Counted from the first letter of the stretch, positions 9,129 to 19,104 are shown. The stretch is DNA of 64,000 nucleotides from Halodesulfurarchaeum sp. (GCA_034520565.1 JAXHNL010000002.1:800001-864000); one strand, 5' to 3'. Notes: generated by a model not told the origin, from the sequence alone. Made by a program: numbers and translations.

Positions 9129-10169
9129 CTAATTTGTTTTGTCATGCGGTAAATCTCCCACCCGCGGCGAGTCCCCACCGTGTGGCGTCCGCCGCTCTCT
9201 GACCTGGACCGTCACGGCAGACTCGGTCGTATCGTCGATCACCACCGCCTCGCCGACCCCGTCGGGCAACCGGTCCCGGATCGACTCGTCGATATACGTC
9301 GGCCGCGCCGCCGCCAGCGCGTCGATGTCGGCCGTCGCCGTGAGCCGATGGGAGAGCAGGAGATCTGACTGGGAAATCGCCACCGCCGGGAGGGCCGCCG
9401 GTCGCTGGGTCGCGAGCACGAGACTCACGCCCGGGTGGCGCCCGCGGGTCAGGATCGTCCGGAGTGGCCGCCCGGCGATTCCGTCCACGACCGCCTGGGC
9501 CTCGTCGATCATGAGCCAGGGCAAGCGGGGGATCGACTCCGAGACCGCCGTCTCGTAGAGCGTGCGCGCGACCGCCGCCGTCACGACGCCGAGCGCCTGG
9601 TCGGTGAGTTGGGTGGCGTCGACCACCGTCAGTGACGGGCCGAAGAGCCGCTCCGCGTCCAGCCCGTCGGGGTGGAAGACGTCCCACTGGGCCGCCAGAG
9701 CGAGGTGATTGGCCACCGCTCGGGCCACCGAGTCCGGCACCGCCGCCGCTTCGACGGCGTCGAGCATTCCTGTGAGGGTGGCGGCTTCCTCGGCGACCTG
9801 CCAGAAGAGCGCCCCGGCCGCGCTCGTGGGATCGAGTTCGAGCAACGCACACCAGTCCCGTGGTTCGAGCGCGTCGGCGGCCACCGTCGGGTCGTCGATC
9901 ACGTCGGCGTCCGCTCCGTCCGCGAGGCCGGAAAAGACGCCCATCGGGTCGATCAGGACGCCAGTAACGCCGCGGGCCGCCGCGATCCCCTCCGCCAGCA
10001 CACCGAGCGTGTAGGACTTTCCCGAGCCACGTTTGCCGGCCAGCAGGGAGACATGTGGGCGATCGAGGTCGAGGGACACGTCGGCACCCCGGCTGCCGTC
10101 CCGGGCCAGGAACGACCCGAGGGAGGCAGTTGGTCCCGACTGGTCCGTCCGTCCGAGTACGTGAGACAC
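9129..10169 (-). CDS. HerA/FtsK-like P-loop ATPase (DUF87 type)
   Basis: Walker A GKRGSGKS, IDPMG, Walker B LMIDEAQ, RGRHPG and LATQRP. Confidence 0.8.
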   Translation of the reverse strand: MSHVLGRTDQSGPTASLGSFLARDGSRGADVSLDLDRPHVSLLAGKRGSGKSYTLGVLAEGIAAARGVTGVLIDPMGVFSGLADGADADVIDDPTVAADALEPRDWCALLELDPTSAAGALFWQVAEEAATLTGMLDAVEAAAVPDSVARAVANHLALAAQWDVFHPDGLDAERLFGPSLTVVDATQLTDQALGVVTAAVARTLYETAVSESIPRLPWLMIDEAQAVVDGIAGRPLRTILTRGRHPGVSLVLATQRPAALPAVAISQSDLLLSHRLTATADIDALAAARPTYIDESIRDRLPDGVGEAVVIDDTTESAVTVQVRERRTPHGGDSPRVGDLPHDKTN

Positions 10170-10214
10170 GGGGCGGGTTTCCTTCGAATTCGTTCATAAA
10201 CCCTCGTCCGGATG

Positions 10215-10220
10215 TTTAAG
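10215..10220 (+). promoter_or_regulatory. Probable TATA box for a leaderless transcript
   Basis: TTTAAG about 26 nt upstream of the ATG at 10246, typical haloarchaeal spacing. Confidence 0.45.
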
Positions 10221-10245
10221 TGCGAAGGTCGGCCCAGCGGGGCCC

Positions 10246-10701
10246 ATGTCGTGGCTCGAACGACTCGCGGCCGACGAACGGGGTATCGAAGGACTGCCGG
10301 TGCGGTTGATCATCGCCTTCGTCGTGGGGGTGGCGGCCCTCTCGGTGATGCTCAACATGATCTCGGGAGTCGAATCCTTCGCGGTGGCTGAACTCGACGT
10401 GAAACCCGAACCGAACGTCGTCGGCCCGGAGAAGCAGACGATCGAACTGACGGCGATCGGAAGCGACGACTCCCCGGTCGCGGACGCGACGATCGTCGTC
10501 GAGGCCGGGACCGCGAAACTCGACTCGATGGTCGTCGCGACGACGGACGGGGACGGGACTGCACAGGTGACGATCGATCCGGCGCTCGGGCCCAACCAGG
10601 CGAAGGGTACCCTCTCGATCGACGTCGAGCCGCCGGCTGGTTCGAACTACATGGACCGGCGGGAGAACTCCCAGATCACCGTCGTGCGCGAGTTGGACTG
10701 A
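10246..10701 (+). CDS. Pilin-like membrane protein with class III signal-peptide-like N-terminus and Ig-like domain
   Basis: DERG|IEGLPVRLIIAFVVGVAAL has a basic residue-Gly followed by a hydrophobic stretch, then a beta-rich domain (TDGDGTA). Confidence 0.6.
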   Translation: MSWLERLAADERGIEGLPVRLIIAFVVGVAALSVMLNMISGVESFAVAELDVKPEPNVVGPEKQTIELTAIGSDDSPVADATIVVEAGTAKLDSMVVATTDGDGTAQVTIDPALGPNQAKGTLSIDVEPPAGSNYMDRRENSQITVVRELD

Positions 10702-11439
10702 TCAGACCCGGTCCCACTCGATCCAGTCCTGTTCCCAGCCGCGCCCCCGCTCGGCGGCGCGAGCGGCGTGTTCGCGGTCCTCCCGGGCCGTTCGATTGCG
10801 GGTGACTGCGCCGGGGTGTTCGCCGTCGACGAGGAGCGGGCGGAAGCCGACCGGTCCGAAGTCGGCGACTTCGCCCTCGTTTTCGACGGCGACGAGCCGC
10901 TGGTCCGCCTGACCGACGGGTGCGACGAGACGACCTCCACTTGCGAGCTGGTCTCGCAGGGCGCGTGGAACGCGCTCGACGGCAGCTTCGAGGAGGATCA
11001 AATCGAAGGGCGCGTATTCCGGATAACCCGCGGCACCGTCGCGGCAGTCCACGAGCACCTCCCGGTAGCCCGTGGATCGGAGGTTTCGACGGGCGTCGAG
11101 CACAAGTCTCCGGTCGATATCGACCGCGTGGACGCGTTGGGCGCCGACGATTTCCGCGAGGACGGCGACGGTGTAGCCGACTCCAGAACCGACGACCAAT
11201 ACCGAATCCTCGGGTTTCGGGTTCAGGGCCTGCACGAGTTGGCCGGCGACGCTGGGCGCGAGAACCGTCGACCCGCGATGGGTGAACGACTGGTCCATGT
11301 ACGCCCGGTGACCGGCGTCGACGAACTCGTGTCGCGGGACGGTGCGCATGGCCTCCCCGACCGGGGCGGCATCGATGACGCCCTTCGTGTCGTGTTCGAG
11401 GCTGTCGACCATGTCCGCGCGCACCGCCGCGAATTCCAT
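10702..11439 (-). CDS. Protein-L-isoaspartate O-methyltransferase family protein (paralogue 2)
   Basis: [33 protein letters not shown] and GGRLVAPVG. Start at MEFAAVR. Confidence 0.8.
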   Translation of the reverse strand: MEFAAVRADMVDSLEHDTKGVIDAAPVGEAMRTVPRHEFVDAGHRAYMDQSFTHRGSTVLAPSVAGQLVQALNPKPEDSVLVVGSGVGYTVAVLAEIVGAQRVHAVDIDRRLVLDARRNLRSTGYREVLVDCRDGAAGYPEYAPFDLILLEAAVERVPRALRDQLASGGRLVAPVGQADQRLVAVENEGEVADFGPVGFRPLLVDGEHPGAVTRNRTAREDREHAARAAERGRGWEQDWIEWDRV

Positions 11440-11479
11440 GTGAACTACTACGGATGGAGCAAGAAAAGCCGCGCGGGTC

Positions 11480-12121
11480 TTATGGCCCGCCGCGCATTTC
11501 GACGAAGCGTACCCCGCCGAGATCGGCTCGATCGAGGCTGCCGTCGGGGAGCTTTTCCGCCCTGACCAGTCGCTGGGCCCCACGACCGAGTGGGCCGAGC
11601 AAACGGCCACCGACCCGAACCTGATCGATGACCGCGTCCGGGAACCTACCAGCCGCACAGGTCAGGTACGCCGCGTCGTAGGGTGCGTGTTCGGCCCAGC
11701 CGTGGTATCCGTTCGCGTGTCGGATCGAGATGTCTCCGTAGCCGAGTTCGGCAAGGCGCTCGCGGGCCGACTCGGCAAGTGACTCGGAATACTCGACGCT
11801 GTAGACGTGCGCCGGTCCGACGAGTTCGGCCGTGACCGCTGCGTGATAGCCACACCCGGTCCCGATTTCCAGGACGTCCGCTCCCGGATCGAGAGCCAAC
11901 TCCGCTACCATCATGGCGACCATGTGCGGCGCGCTGATGGTCTGCCCGTCGCCGATGGGGAGCGGTTTGTCGGCGTAGGCCGACGACCGCAACCGGTCGG
12001 GAACGAATTCCTCGCGGGGGACGGTGGCGATTGCCTCGGTCACTTCGGGTGAAAGGTCGTATCGCGACTGGAGCCGTGCGGCGAGATCGCGACGCTGGGA
12101 TTCGAACTCGCGGGATGGCAT
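11480..12121 (-). CDS. pcm: Protein-L-isoaspartate(D-aspartate) O-methyltransferase
   Basis: VPREEFV, AYADKPLPIGDGQTISAPHMVA, VLEIGTGCGYHAA and APYD. Confidence 0.92.
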   Translation of the reverse strand: MPSREFESQRRDLAARLQSRYDLSPEVTEAIATVPREEFVPDRLRSSAYADKPLPIGDGQTISAPHMVAMMVAELALDPGADVLEIGTGCGYHAAVTAELVGPAHVYSVEYSESLAESARERLAELGYGDISIRHANGYHGWAEHAPYDAAYLTCAAGRFPDAVIDQVRVGGRLLGPLGRGAQRLVRAEKLPDGSLDRADLGGVRFVEMRGGP

Positions 12122-12140
12122 CATTCGAAGCGGTGGCAGG

Positions 12141-12800
12141 TCACCAGGCAGACCAGGCTCGCGAGGTCCCGGCCTCGTAGCCATAGACCCGCTTTATGTC
12201 CTTCGCGAGGACCGTATCCCCATCATCGCCGAGCTTTTCGAAGGGATATCGGTCGATGGCGGTCTCCCTGACGTGAACGTTCGTGACCTCGAACTCGTCC
12301 TCGCCAAGCGTGACGGTTTCGCCGACGGTGAACTCGAAGTCCCCCGGCAGGTAGGCCGTCAGGCTTCGGGTGTCGTCCGGGTCACCCTCGCGGGGGTGAA
12401 GGGTCACGTTTACGCTCACGTTGTCCACCGCGCGGGTCCAGAAGGTCTCGACTGCTTCTGCATCCGCCGTCGAAACGCGGGTTTCCTGGTCCGTCTCGAG
12501 GTCGGTGATCCTGACCTGCATGATCGCCGCCTCGGTCTCGACGATGAACTCCTCGCCGACCCGCACCCGCTCTTCCGGGGGAACCATGACGGTGGTCGAG
12601 AAGGATTCGCCGTCCTGAGAGACGACGACCGAGCGCTCGACCTCGCGATCGCGCTCCGGTGTCACCTTGTGGACGTGATCACAGTCCGTACAGCGGACCG
12701 TCAGTCGGCCGCCGCCGGTCGAAAGCACCTCGTGAACCGTCTCGGCGTCGGGGGAACACGAGGGACACGCGACCGGAATCCGGTCCGGGTGTTCGTTCAT
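12141..12800 (-). CDS. Conserved archaeal zinc-finger protein (HVO_0476-like)
   Basis: CPSC...HEVL...VRCTDCDHVH, VVVSQDGES and the C-terminal AKDIKRVYG...SAW. Confidence 0.75.
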   Translation of the reverse strand: MNEHPDRIPVACPSCSPDAETVHEVLSTGGGRLTVRCTDCDHVHKVTPERDREVERSVVVSQDGESFSTTVMVPPEERVRVGEEFIVETEAAIMQVRITDLETDQETRVSTADAEAVETFWTRAVDNVSVNVTLHPREGDPDDTRSLTAYLPGDFEFTVGETVTLGEDEFEVTNVHVRETAIDRYPFEKLGDDGDTVLAKDIKRVYGYEAGTSRAWSAW

Positions 12801-12822
12801 ACCTGAGCTAACGGGGGCGGGC

Positions 12823-13782
12823 CTAAGTATGCGCCGTGTCGGGGGCGGGCAGCTCGAGTTCCTCGCCGTCCACCAGCACCGTCGGGGACAGAATGATGCC
12901 GTCCTGATGGATCGGTGCGTCGATGTCGCCCCCGATTCCAGCGTCGTCGCCGATGGCCAGGTGGACGGTGCCTGCCGCTTTCTCGTCGAGGAGCACCGAG
13001 CCGATCAGGTCGGTCACGGCCACGTTCGTCCCGATGCCGAGTTCGGCGAGATTGAAGGCATCATCGCCGACTGCCTCGGCCGCGGCTTCGACGCTCTCTC
13101 TGATCGAGTCGTCCGCGATGTCGGTCACGAACCCGTCTTCGACTTCGAAGGCGAGGGTGTGCCCCTTCTCGAGCCGGCCGTAGGGTCGCATGGTCCCGTC
13201 GACGACGAAGCGCCCGTTTGCGGTTTTCGGGCTGACGAACACCTCGCCGGCCGGGAGGTTCGAGAACGTGCCCGGCTCGGATACCGCCCCGGTGTCGAGT
13301 CGCCACTCTCGATCGCCTGGCTCGATGGTGATATCGGTGCCCGCCGGGGCCGTGATCCTGATCTCTTCGGCCCCTTCGACGGCCTCGTAGACGTTTTTGC
13401 AGGTCTCGGCGATGCGGTCGTAATCCGCGTCCAGCCCCTGTTCGAAGACGTCCTTGGTGATGCCCGGGAGTGTCGCTCCGCGGACGCCGGCGTCGGTGGC
13501 GTCGCTCCGGGCTCTGGTATGACTGATGCTCTTCGTCGTCGGAGCGAGAAAGGCGTCGGTTTCGGCCAGCGCGCCGTCGACCGGTCCCGGCGGTTCTTCG
13601 CCGTGCTGGTCCCCGGGCGGGTAGGTGAGCAAGACGGCGTCGTCGGTGACCTCCCGTGCGACGTCGTAGAGCGCTTCGCCGATCTCGAGGCGGTCGTCGT
13701 CCGTGACGATCAGGCACCGTTCGTCCGGTTGTAACCCGAGACACTGGTGGATGGCCGTCTCGGCGCCGGGCCTCAGTCCCAT
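12823..13782 (-). CDS. Aminopeptidase (M29/thermophilic metalloprotease family)
   Basis: NLPAGEVF, AELGIGTN, LLDEKAAGTVHLAIG and IHQDGI. Confidence 0.85.
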   Translation of the reverse strand: MGLRPGAETAIHQCLGLQPDERCLIVTDDDRLEIGEALYDVAREVTDDAVLLTYPPGDQHGEEPPGPVDGALAETDAFLAPTTKSISHTRARSDATDAGVRGATLPGITKDVFEQGLDADYDRIAETCKNVYEAVEGAEEIRITAPAGTDITIEPGDREWRLDTGAVSEPGTFSNLPAGEVFVSPKTANGRFVVDGTMRPYGRLEKGHTLAFEVEDGFVTDIADDSIRESVEAAAEAVGDDAFNLAELGIGTNVAVTDLIGSVLLDEKAAGTVHLAIGDDAGIGGDIDAPIHQDGIILSPTVLVDGEELELPAPDTAHT

Positions 13783-13806
13783 GGTCGATTCTCGTCGACG
13801 GCCGGG

Positions 13807-13950
13807 TTAGCCCTTACGCTCCTCGAGGGTTCGTTCGTATTCGAGTAACTGGAGACACTGTCGGAGGTGGTACTGGGCCTCCGGATCCGAGATCTCGTCG
13901 AGGGCCGATTCGAGCCGGTCGACGACCGGCTGGTGTCTGCTCTGTGTCAT
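13807..13950 (-). CDS. Small hypothetical protein (47 aa), not in the ORF track
   Basis: Hand translation gives MTQSRHQPVVDRLESALDEISDPEAQYHLRQCLQLLEYERTLEERKG*. It is acidic, has haloarchaeal codon style and fills the intergenic gap. Confidence 0.6.
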   Translation of the reverse strand: MTQSRHQPVVDRLESALDEISDPEAQYHLRQCLQLLEYERTLEERKG

Positions 13951-14053
13951 ACGTTCCTTCTATTGGTAGATACTGCCACCTATGGTAAAAACCTACGCCC
14001 GGCTTCCGTGACCACTCGAAACGGTTTTCCCCGTTGCGAGGGGACTCTCGGGC

Positions 14054-15064
14054 ATGATTCAGGTGGGAATTAACGGCTACGGGACGATCGGCAAGCGAGT
14101 CGCTGACGCCGTCGCCCGCCAGCCGGACATGTCCGTACTCGGGGTCGCGAAGACGAGACCGAACTACGAGGCTCGGGTGGCGGTACAGTCCGGCTACGAC
14201 CTGTATGCCGCGATTCCCGAACGGGCAGACCAGTTCGCGGACGCGGGCATCGATATCGCTGGACCCGTCGAGGAACTGATCGCGGAAAGCGACGTCGTCG
14301 TCGATGCGACCCCCTCGGGAATCGGCGCGGAGAACAAGTCCCTGTACGTCGAACACGACACGCCAGCGCTCTTTCAGGGGGGCGAGTCGGACGACCTCGT
14401 CGACGTGAGTTTCAACGCCCGGTCGAACTACGAGGCGGCCACCGAAGCGGCGTCCGTCCGGGTCGTCTCCTGTAACACGACCGGGCTCTCCCGGCTGGTG
14501 GCACCTCTCGAGGAGGCCTACGGGATCGAACGCGTCCGGGCCACGTTGGTCCGCCGCGGTGGCGACCCGGCCCAGAGCAACCGGGGGCCGATCAACGACA
14601 TTTTGCCCGACCCGAAGACCCTCCCGTCCCATCACGGCCCGGACGTGCAGACTATCTACCCCGATTTGGCCATCGACACCCTCGGTCTCAAGGTACCAGC
14701 GACGCTGATGCACATGCACTCGATCAACGTGACCCTCGAGTCCGAACCGGACGAGACAGCCGTTCGGGAACTGCTTGGGGCCGAAGACCGGCTCTGGCTG
14801 CTCTCCGAGGATCTGGATATCGATGGGGCTGGCGACATCAAGGAGTACGCGATGGACGTCGGCCGGCCACGCGGGGACGTCTGGGAGAACGCCGTCTGGG
14901 CGGAATCGATCACCGTCAACGGGCCGGAACTGTACCTCTTCCAGGCTATCCACCAGGAGTCCGATGTCGTTCCGGAGAACGTCGATGCGATTCGAGCAGT
15001 GTTGAACGCCGAGGACGCCGAGACGAGTATGGCACGGACGAATACGGCCCTCGGTATCGAGTGA
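14054..15064 (+). CDS. gap: Archaeal type II glyceraldehyde-3-phosphate dehydrogenase
   Basis: [20 protein letters not shown], catalytic [17 protein letters not shown] and [13 protein letters not shown]. Confidence 0.95.
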   Translation: MIQVGINGYGTIGKRVADAVARQPDMSVLGVAKTRPNYEARVAVQSGYDLYAAIPERADQFADAGIDIAGPVEELIAESDVVVDATPSGIGAENKSLYVEHDTPALFQGGESDDLVDVSFNARSNYEAATEAASVRVVSCNTTGLSRLVAPLEEAYGIERVRATLVRRGGDPAQSNRGPINDILPDPKTLPSHHGPDVQTIYPDLAIDTLGLKVPATLMHMHSINVTLESEPDETAVRELLGAEDRLWLLSEDLDIDGAGDIKEYAMDVGRPRGDVWENAVWAESITVNGPELYLFQAIHQESDVVPENVDAIRAVLNAEDAETSMARTNTALGIE

Positions 15065-15156
15065 GCGCGCTTTCTTGATCGGCCGGATTCGACCGCGGGT
15101 ACCCGGTCGGTGTCGCAGTCCGAATCCTTATGCGCGGTCGTGGCCAACTTTTCCCC

Positions 15157-15549
15157 ATGAATCCAGGCGATCGCGATGACCCCTTCGATGATATCTTTCG
15201 GGAGATCGAGCGGATGATGAACGAGATGGTCGGCATGCCCGGGCCGCAAGCTGGCGGCGCCCGGACGGACTTGCAACCCGCGAGCCCGACCCACGTGGAC
15301 GTCTACGAGGACGACGGGGAGGTCCGGGTCGTCGCCGACTTGCCGGGTGTAGAGCGCTCGGACATCGGTGTGCAGTGTGACGGGGAGTACGTGACGATCT
15401 CGGCGGAAAGCGAGACCCGATCCTACGAGGAGCGCGTGGCCCTGCCAGCCCACGTGGATCCGGACTCCGGAAGTGGCACGTACAACAACGGCGTCCTCGA
15501 GATCACCTTCGACCGTTCGCGGTCGAAGACCGACATCGACATCGAGTAG
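15157..15549 (+). CDS. Small heat-shock protein Hsp20
   Basis: DPFDDIFREIERMM, VVADLPGV and YNNGVLEI. Confidence 0.9.
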   Translation: MNPGDRDDPFDDIFREIERMMNEMVGMPGPQAGGARTDLQPASPTHVDVYEDDGEVRVVADLPGVERSDIGVQCDGEYVTISAESETRSYEERVALPAHVDPDSGSGTYNNGVLEITFDRSRSKTDIDIE

Positions 15550-15926
15550 CTACCGGTTCGCAGTCTCCCGAATCGTTTTCGCGAGTACGTCGTAGAAGTC
15601 CGGATCGTATTTGTACCGCTCGTCGATCGTGGGTCTGGCGTTCGTCTCGAGCACGACTGTCCGGTCCCCGTGCTGGAGGACGTCGACGCCGAGAATCGGC
15701 ACGTCGAGCACTTCGGCCGCCCGTTCGGCCAGGTTCCGAACCGTCTCCCCGGGGATCCGGTGTGGGAAGAACAGGCCGACGTCGACGGCCGGGTGGGTCG
15801 ATTCGGCGGCGAGGTGGGTCGTCTTGCCGGTTAGCGAGACCTGTTCGACCGCGATGTCCCGCTCGGCCAGCGGGTCCCGGACGCGCTGCGGTCTCGGCCC
15901 GGTTGGGCAAGGCCCAGGGTGAGCAT
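15550..15926 (-). pseudogene. Degraded RimK-like ATP-grasp gene
   Basis: Reconstructed across two frameshifts: MLTLGLA/NRAET/QRVRDPLAERDIAVEQV...VGLFFPHRIP-GETVRNLAERAAEVLDVPILGVDVL...VVLETNARPTID. It has the C-terminal GVD and ETN ATP-grasp motifs but is only ~125 codons, so the central domain is missing. Confidence 0.65.
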
Positions 15927-16011
15927 ACTTGACACTCGGCCGGAGCGAGTAAAATCGCGTTGGAACCCTCGGATCTGGAATCGAGCGGTCGCCGACCCTT
16001 CGAAACTGGCG

Positions 16012-16542
16012 TTAGGAAATCAGCAGCTCCTTCCCGCGCTCGACGTCGATCTTGCACGGCGGGGTGATCTTGTTGTACGCGCGGCGGAAGGCTTCCTTGA
16101 CGACCGGGGCCTGGTCGACCGTACACCAGGCGGTGAGGAGCTGGTCGCCAGCGTGGACGCGAGCGGCCGTCCCGACCGGGACGCCGAAGGACTGGCGCAT
16201 GCCGTCGGAAACGCGGTCCGCACCGGCACCGGTTGCCTGTTTGTTCTCGCGGAGGACCTGGTGCGGGAACTTTCGAAGGACCATCTTGTAGTTGCCCTCG
16301 CCGAGTTCCTTGATGAGGTGGCGGTTCGCCGAGAGGCGTGCCGACTCGAGGGATCCGTGCCTGAGCTGGCTGGTTTCTTCGGGAACGAGGGAGATCTGGA
16401 CGGGGTAGTCTTCGGGATCGGCGTCCAGGTCGCCCATGTTGTGCTGTGCGATCTTCGAACCCGGAATACCGGTGATGTAATCGCGGCGCGTGTACGCCGG
16501 CTTGTCGATCTTCCGGTACATGGAGGCCGGCTTATCGGACAT
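16012..16542 (-). CDS. rpl16: 50S ribosomal protein uL16 (L10e)
   Basis: [10 protein letters not shown]...[10 protein letters not shown]...[24 protein letters not shown]. Confidence 0.97.
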   Translation of the reverse strand: MSDKPASMYRKIDKPAYTRRDYITGIPGSKIAQHNMGDLDADPEDYPVQISLVPEETSQLRHGSLESARLSANRHLIKELGEGNYKMVLRKFPHQVLRENKQATGAGADRVSDGMRQSFGVPVGTAARVHAGDQLLTAWCTVDQAPVVKEAFRRAYNKITPPCKIDVERGKELLIS

Positions 16543-16660
16543 GGTTATTACAGGAAAGCAGACAGAGTACGCGTATAAGGCCTTCGAAGCCCACTTCGCC
16601 GGGCGGCTCAATGCCGCCGACGTGGTGGGTATTATTACCCTCGACGCCCTTCATATCAGT

Positions 16661-17899
16661 ATGATACACGCGCGACGCGTCTCCGCGATCGCTCTCACAC
16701 TCGTCGTTCTCCTTGCGCTGGTGCCGGCTCCCGCGGCGGCCGCCGACGTGACACTCACCGTGACGGTCCAGACCGAGGACGGAACCCAGGTATCGGGTGC
16801 GGAACTTACGGCGACGTGGTCGAACGGCTCGGTGATTGATACGACCGCGGCAAACGGGAAGGCGTTTCTCGACGTGCCCGAGGGCGAGACCGTCGAGTTA
16901 ACCGTAGCCGACGACGAGTACATGCGAAACGGGCCGATCGTGATCGAGGACGCCAGCGAAACTGACGTGACCATGACGGTCCGCCCGATCGCCGAGGCGA
17001 CCATCTCGGTGGCGAATGGGGGCGGGCCGATCGACGACGCCCTCGTCACGCTTTCCCAGGACGGCACGACCGTCGTCTCCGAACGGACCACCGACGGCAC
17101 GGTCCAGACCGGCGAGATCGAGGCCGGCTCCTACCAGTTAGCCGTCGAGAAATCGGGCTTCTACGCGGTCGAGGAGACCCTCGAGGTCCCAGCCGACGAA
17201 TCGATCACCCACGACGTCACCCTCGAAGAGGGGACGGTGACGATGCAGGTCGAGGTGACGGATCCGTACTTCGATCCGCCCCGGGCACTGCAGGGCGTGA
17301 CCGTGACCGTCGACGGCCACGGGTCGGTCAACACGCAGTCGAACGGCCAGCAGCAACTCTCCGTGCCGGTCAACACCGACCTGACGGTCCGCTTCGAGGC
17401 TCCAGCCTACGAGACGGTCGAAAAGTCGGTCAAGACGGCCGAGGAGTCGGTTTCGCTCGACGTGGAACTCGACCGGAGGAATCGGCTCGTCGTGACTGCT
17501 CACACGACCACCGTCGTCGTCGGGCAACCCGCCTTCATCTCGGTAATGGACGAGTACGACGACCCCGTCGAAAACGCGACAGTTCTCCACAACGGCGAGG
17601 CGGTGACCGAAACCGACAGCGAGGGCTGGGCCCGGATCCCGATCGAGACTGCCGGCACACATGAGATTCAGGTCGACGACGGGGAGATCACCTCGAACGT
17701 GACCGAAGTCGCGGCGATCACAGCGGAGACCGCCGAACCGCCGGAGACCGACACAGAAACGGACGGAACGACCGGTGACGGGGAGACGACCACGGCTGAC
17801 TCGACTGGCGCACCGATTCCCGGCTTCGGCCCGATCGTCGGTCTGCTGGGTGTCGTCCTCGGGATCGGTATCGGGCTTGTCGGGCGTCGGGCAGCGTGA
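16661..17899 (+). CDS. Secreted carboxypeptidase-regulatory/PEGA-like domain protein with PGF-CTERM sorting signal
   Basis: Sec signal (APAAAA), repeated Ig/prealbumin-like domains, Thr-rich linker, then IPGFG-TM-RR, the signal processed by archaeosortase A. Confidence 0.85.
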   Translation: MIHARRVSAIALTLVVLLALVPAPAAAADVTLTVTVQTEDGTQVSGAELTATWSNGSVIDTTAANGKAFLDVPEGETVELTVADDEYMRNGPIVIEDASETDVTMTVRPIAEATISVANGGGPIDDALVTLSQDGTTVVSERTTDGTVQTGEIEAGSYQLAVEKSGFYAVEETLEVPADESITHDVTLEEGTVTMQVEVTDPYFDPPRALQGVTVTVDGHGSVNTQSNGQQQLSVPVNTDLTVRFEAPAYETVEKSVKTAEESVSLDVELDRRNRLVVTAHTTTVVVGQPAFISVMDEYDDPVENATVLHNGEAVTETDSEGWARIPIETAGTHEIQVDDGEITSNVTEVAAITAETAEPPETDTETDGTTGDGETTTADSTGAPIPGFGPIVGLLGVVLGIGIGLVGRRAA

Positions 17900-17955
17900 T
17901 CGGTTCCGCTCGCGTTTTGTAACGATTGATAGGCCCCCGCCGTGAAGGAAGGGCC

Positions 17956-18666
17956 ATGTCTTCGACGCTTTCCCGGGATGCGACCGGTTGCCGGGGGATG
18001 GACGAGTTACTCTCCGGCGGTCTCCCGGCGTCCCGGTTGCACGTCGTCAGCGGGCCGCCCGGGAGCGGCAAGACCACCTTTGCCGCCAAGTTCATTACCG
18101 AAGGGGCCCGTCGCGGCGAGGAGTGTGTGTACGTGACGATGCACGAGACGAAGGCCGAACTCGTCGCGGACATGTCCGGCTTTGACTTCGGGTTCGAGAA
18201 GGCGATTCGTGCCTCGAATACGACCTTTCTCGATCTCACCGACGAGTCCGCCCGGCAATCGCTGACGAAATACGGCTCAGCGGGTGGACTGCGGAACCGC
18301 TTGCCAGCCATGCTCGACGGGCTCGACGCGGATCGGGCGGTCATCGACTCGACGATGCTGCTGGATCACTTCGTCGACAATCCGGCCGAGCAACTCACCG
18401 AGTTTATCACCCGATTGAAGGCGACGGACACGACGATCATCCTCGTCTCGGAGATGACCGACCCGACGGCCTACTCCGAGGAGCATTACCTCGCTCACGG
18501 GGTCGTGTTCTTCCACAACTTCCTCGACGGTGGGGACATGACCCGGGCCGTTCAGCTCATCAAGATGCGGGGAACACCAATCGACAGCGACATGCGACCA
18601 CTCGAGTTCACCGACCGAGGGGTCCAGGTGCATTCTGACCGGACACTCGAGGACACGTACGGGTAG
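17956..18666 (+). CDS. KaiC/RAD55-family ATPase
   Basis: TGCRGMDELLSGG, GPPGSGKTT, VIDS and KMRGT. Confidence 0.88.
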   Translation: MSSTLSRDATGCRGMDELLSGGLPASRLHVVSGPPGSGKTTFAAKFITEGARRGEECVYVTMHETKAELVADMSGFDFGFEKAIRASNTTFLDLTDESARQSLTKYGSAGGLRNRLPAMLDGLDADRAVIDSTMLLDHFVDNPAEQLTEFITRLKATDTTIILVSEMTDPTAYSEEHYLAHGVVFFHNFLDGGDMTRAVQLIKMRGTPIDSDMRPLEFTDRGVQVHSDRTLEDTYG

Positions 18667-19104
18667 ATGTACGAGGATCACTTCGGGACCGACTGGGACT
18701 CGCTCACCCAGGAGGCGGCCATGTTCCGGGCCTTTGCGCTCGGTGTCGACGCCGCCCTGGGTGAGCCAGACGAAGCCGAGTTCGAGGTCCTCCAGCGCGA
18801 ACACCACCGCGGCCTGATCCAGATCGCCTATGACGAGGGGAAAACCCGGGCCGAAGCGAATCTGCGGAAACGTGGCGGTTCACGCTCGATTAGTCGGGGT
18901 ACCGAGTTCGAACAGGGCGATCGGGAGTGGGCGGTCTGGGAGGAACTCGTTCTCGAACAGGAGACCGACGAGGACGCCTTCGAGGCGGTGGCAGTCTCGC
19001 GATCACAGTTAGATCTCCCCGACGCGCTCTACCACCCGAGCTTGCTCGACCGGCCCTCGGATACGGACGATCGAATCAGGCTCCCACGTTTTCTGCTTCG
19101 CTAA
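18667..19104 (+). CDS. Hypothetical protein coupled to the KaiC-like ATPase
   Basis: The ATG directly abuts the upstream TAG. Acidic 145-aa ORF. Confidence 0.7.
   Translation: MYEDHFGTDWDSLTQEAAMFRAFALGVDAALGEPDEAEFEVLQREHHRGLIQIAYDEGKTRAEANLRKRGGSRSISRGTEFEQGDREWAVWEELVLEQETDEDAFEAVAVSRSQLDLPDALYHPSLLDRPSDTDDRIRLPRFLLR

Noticed and set aside
10702-12121. Tandem pcm paralogues as a novelty
   Set aside because: They are highly diverged and, as I recall, a common haloarchaeal arrangement.
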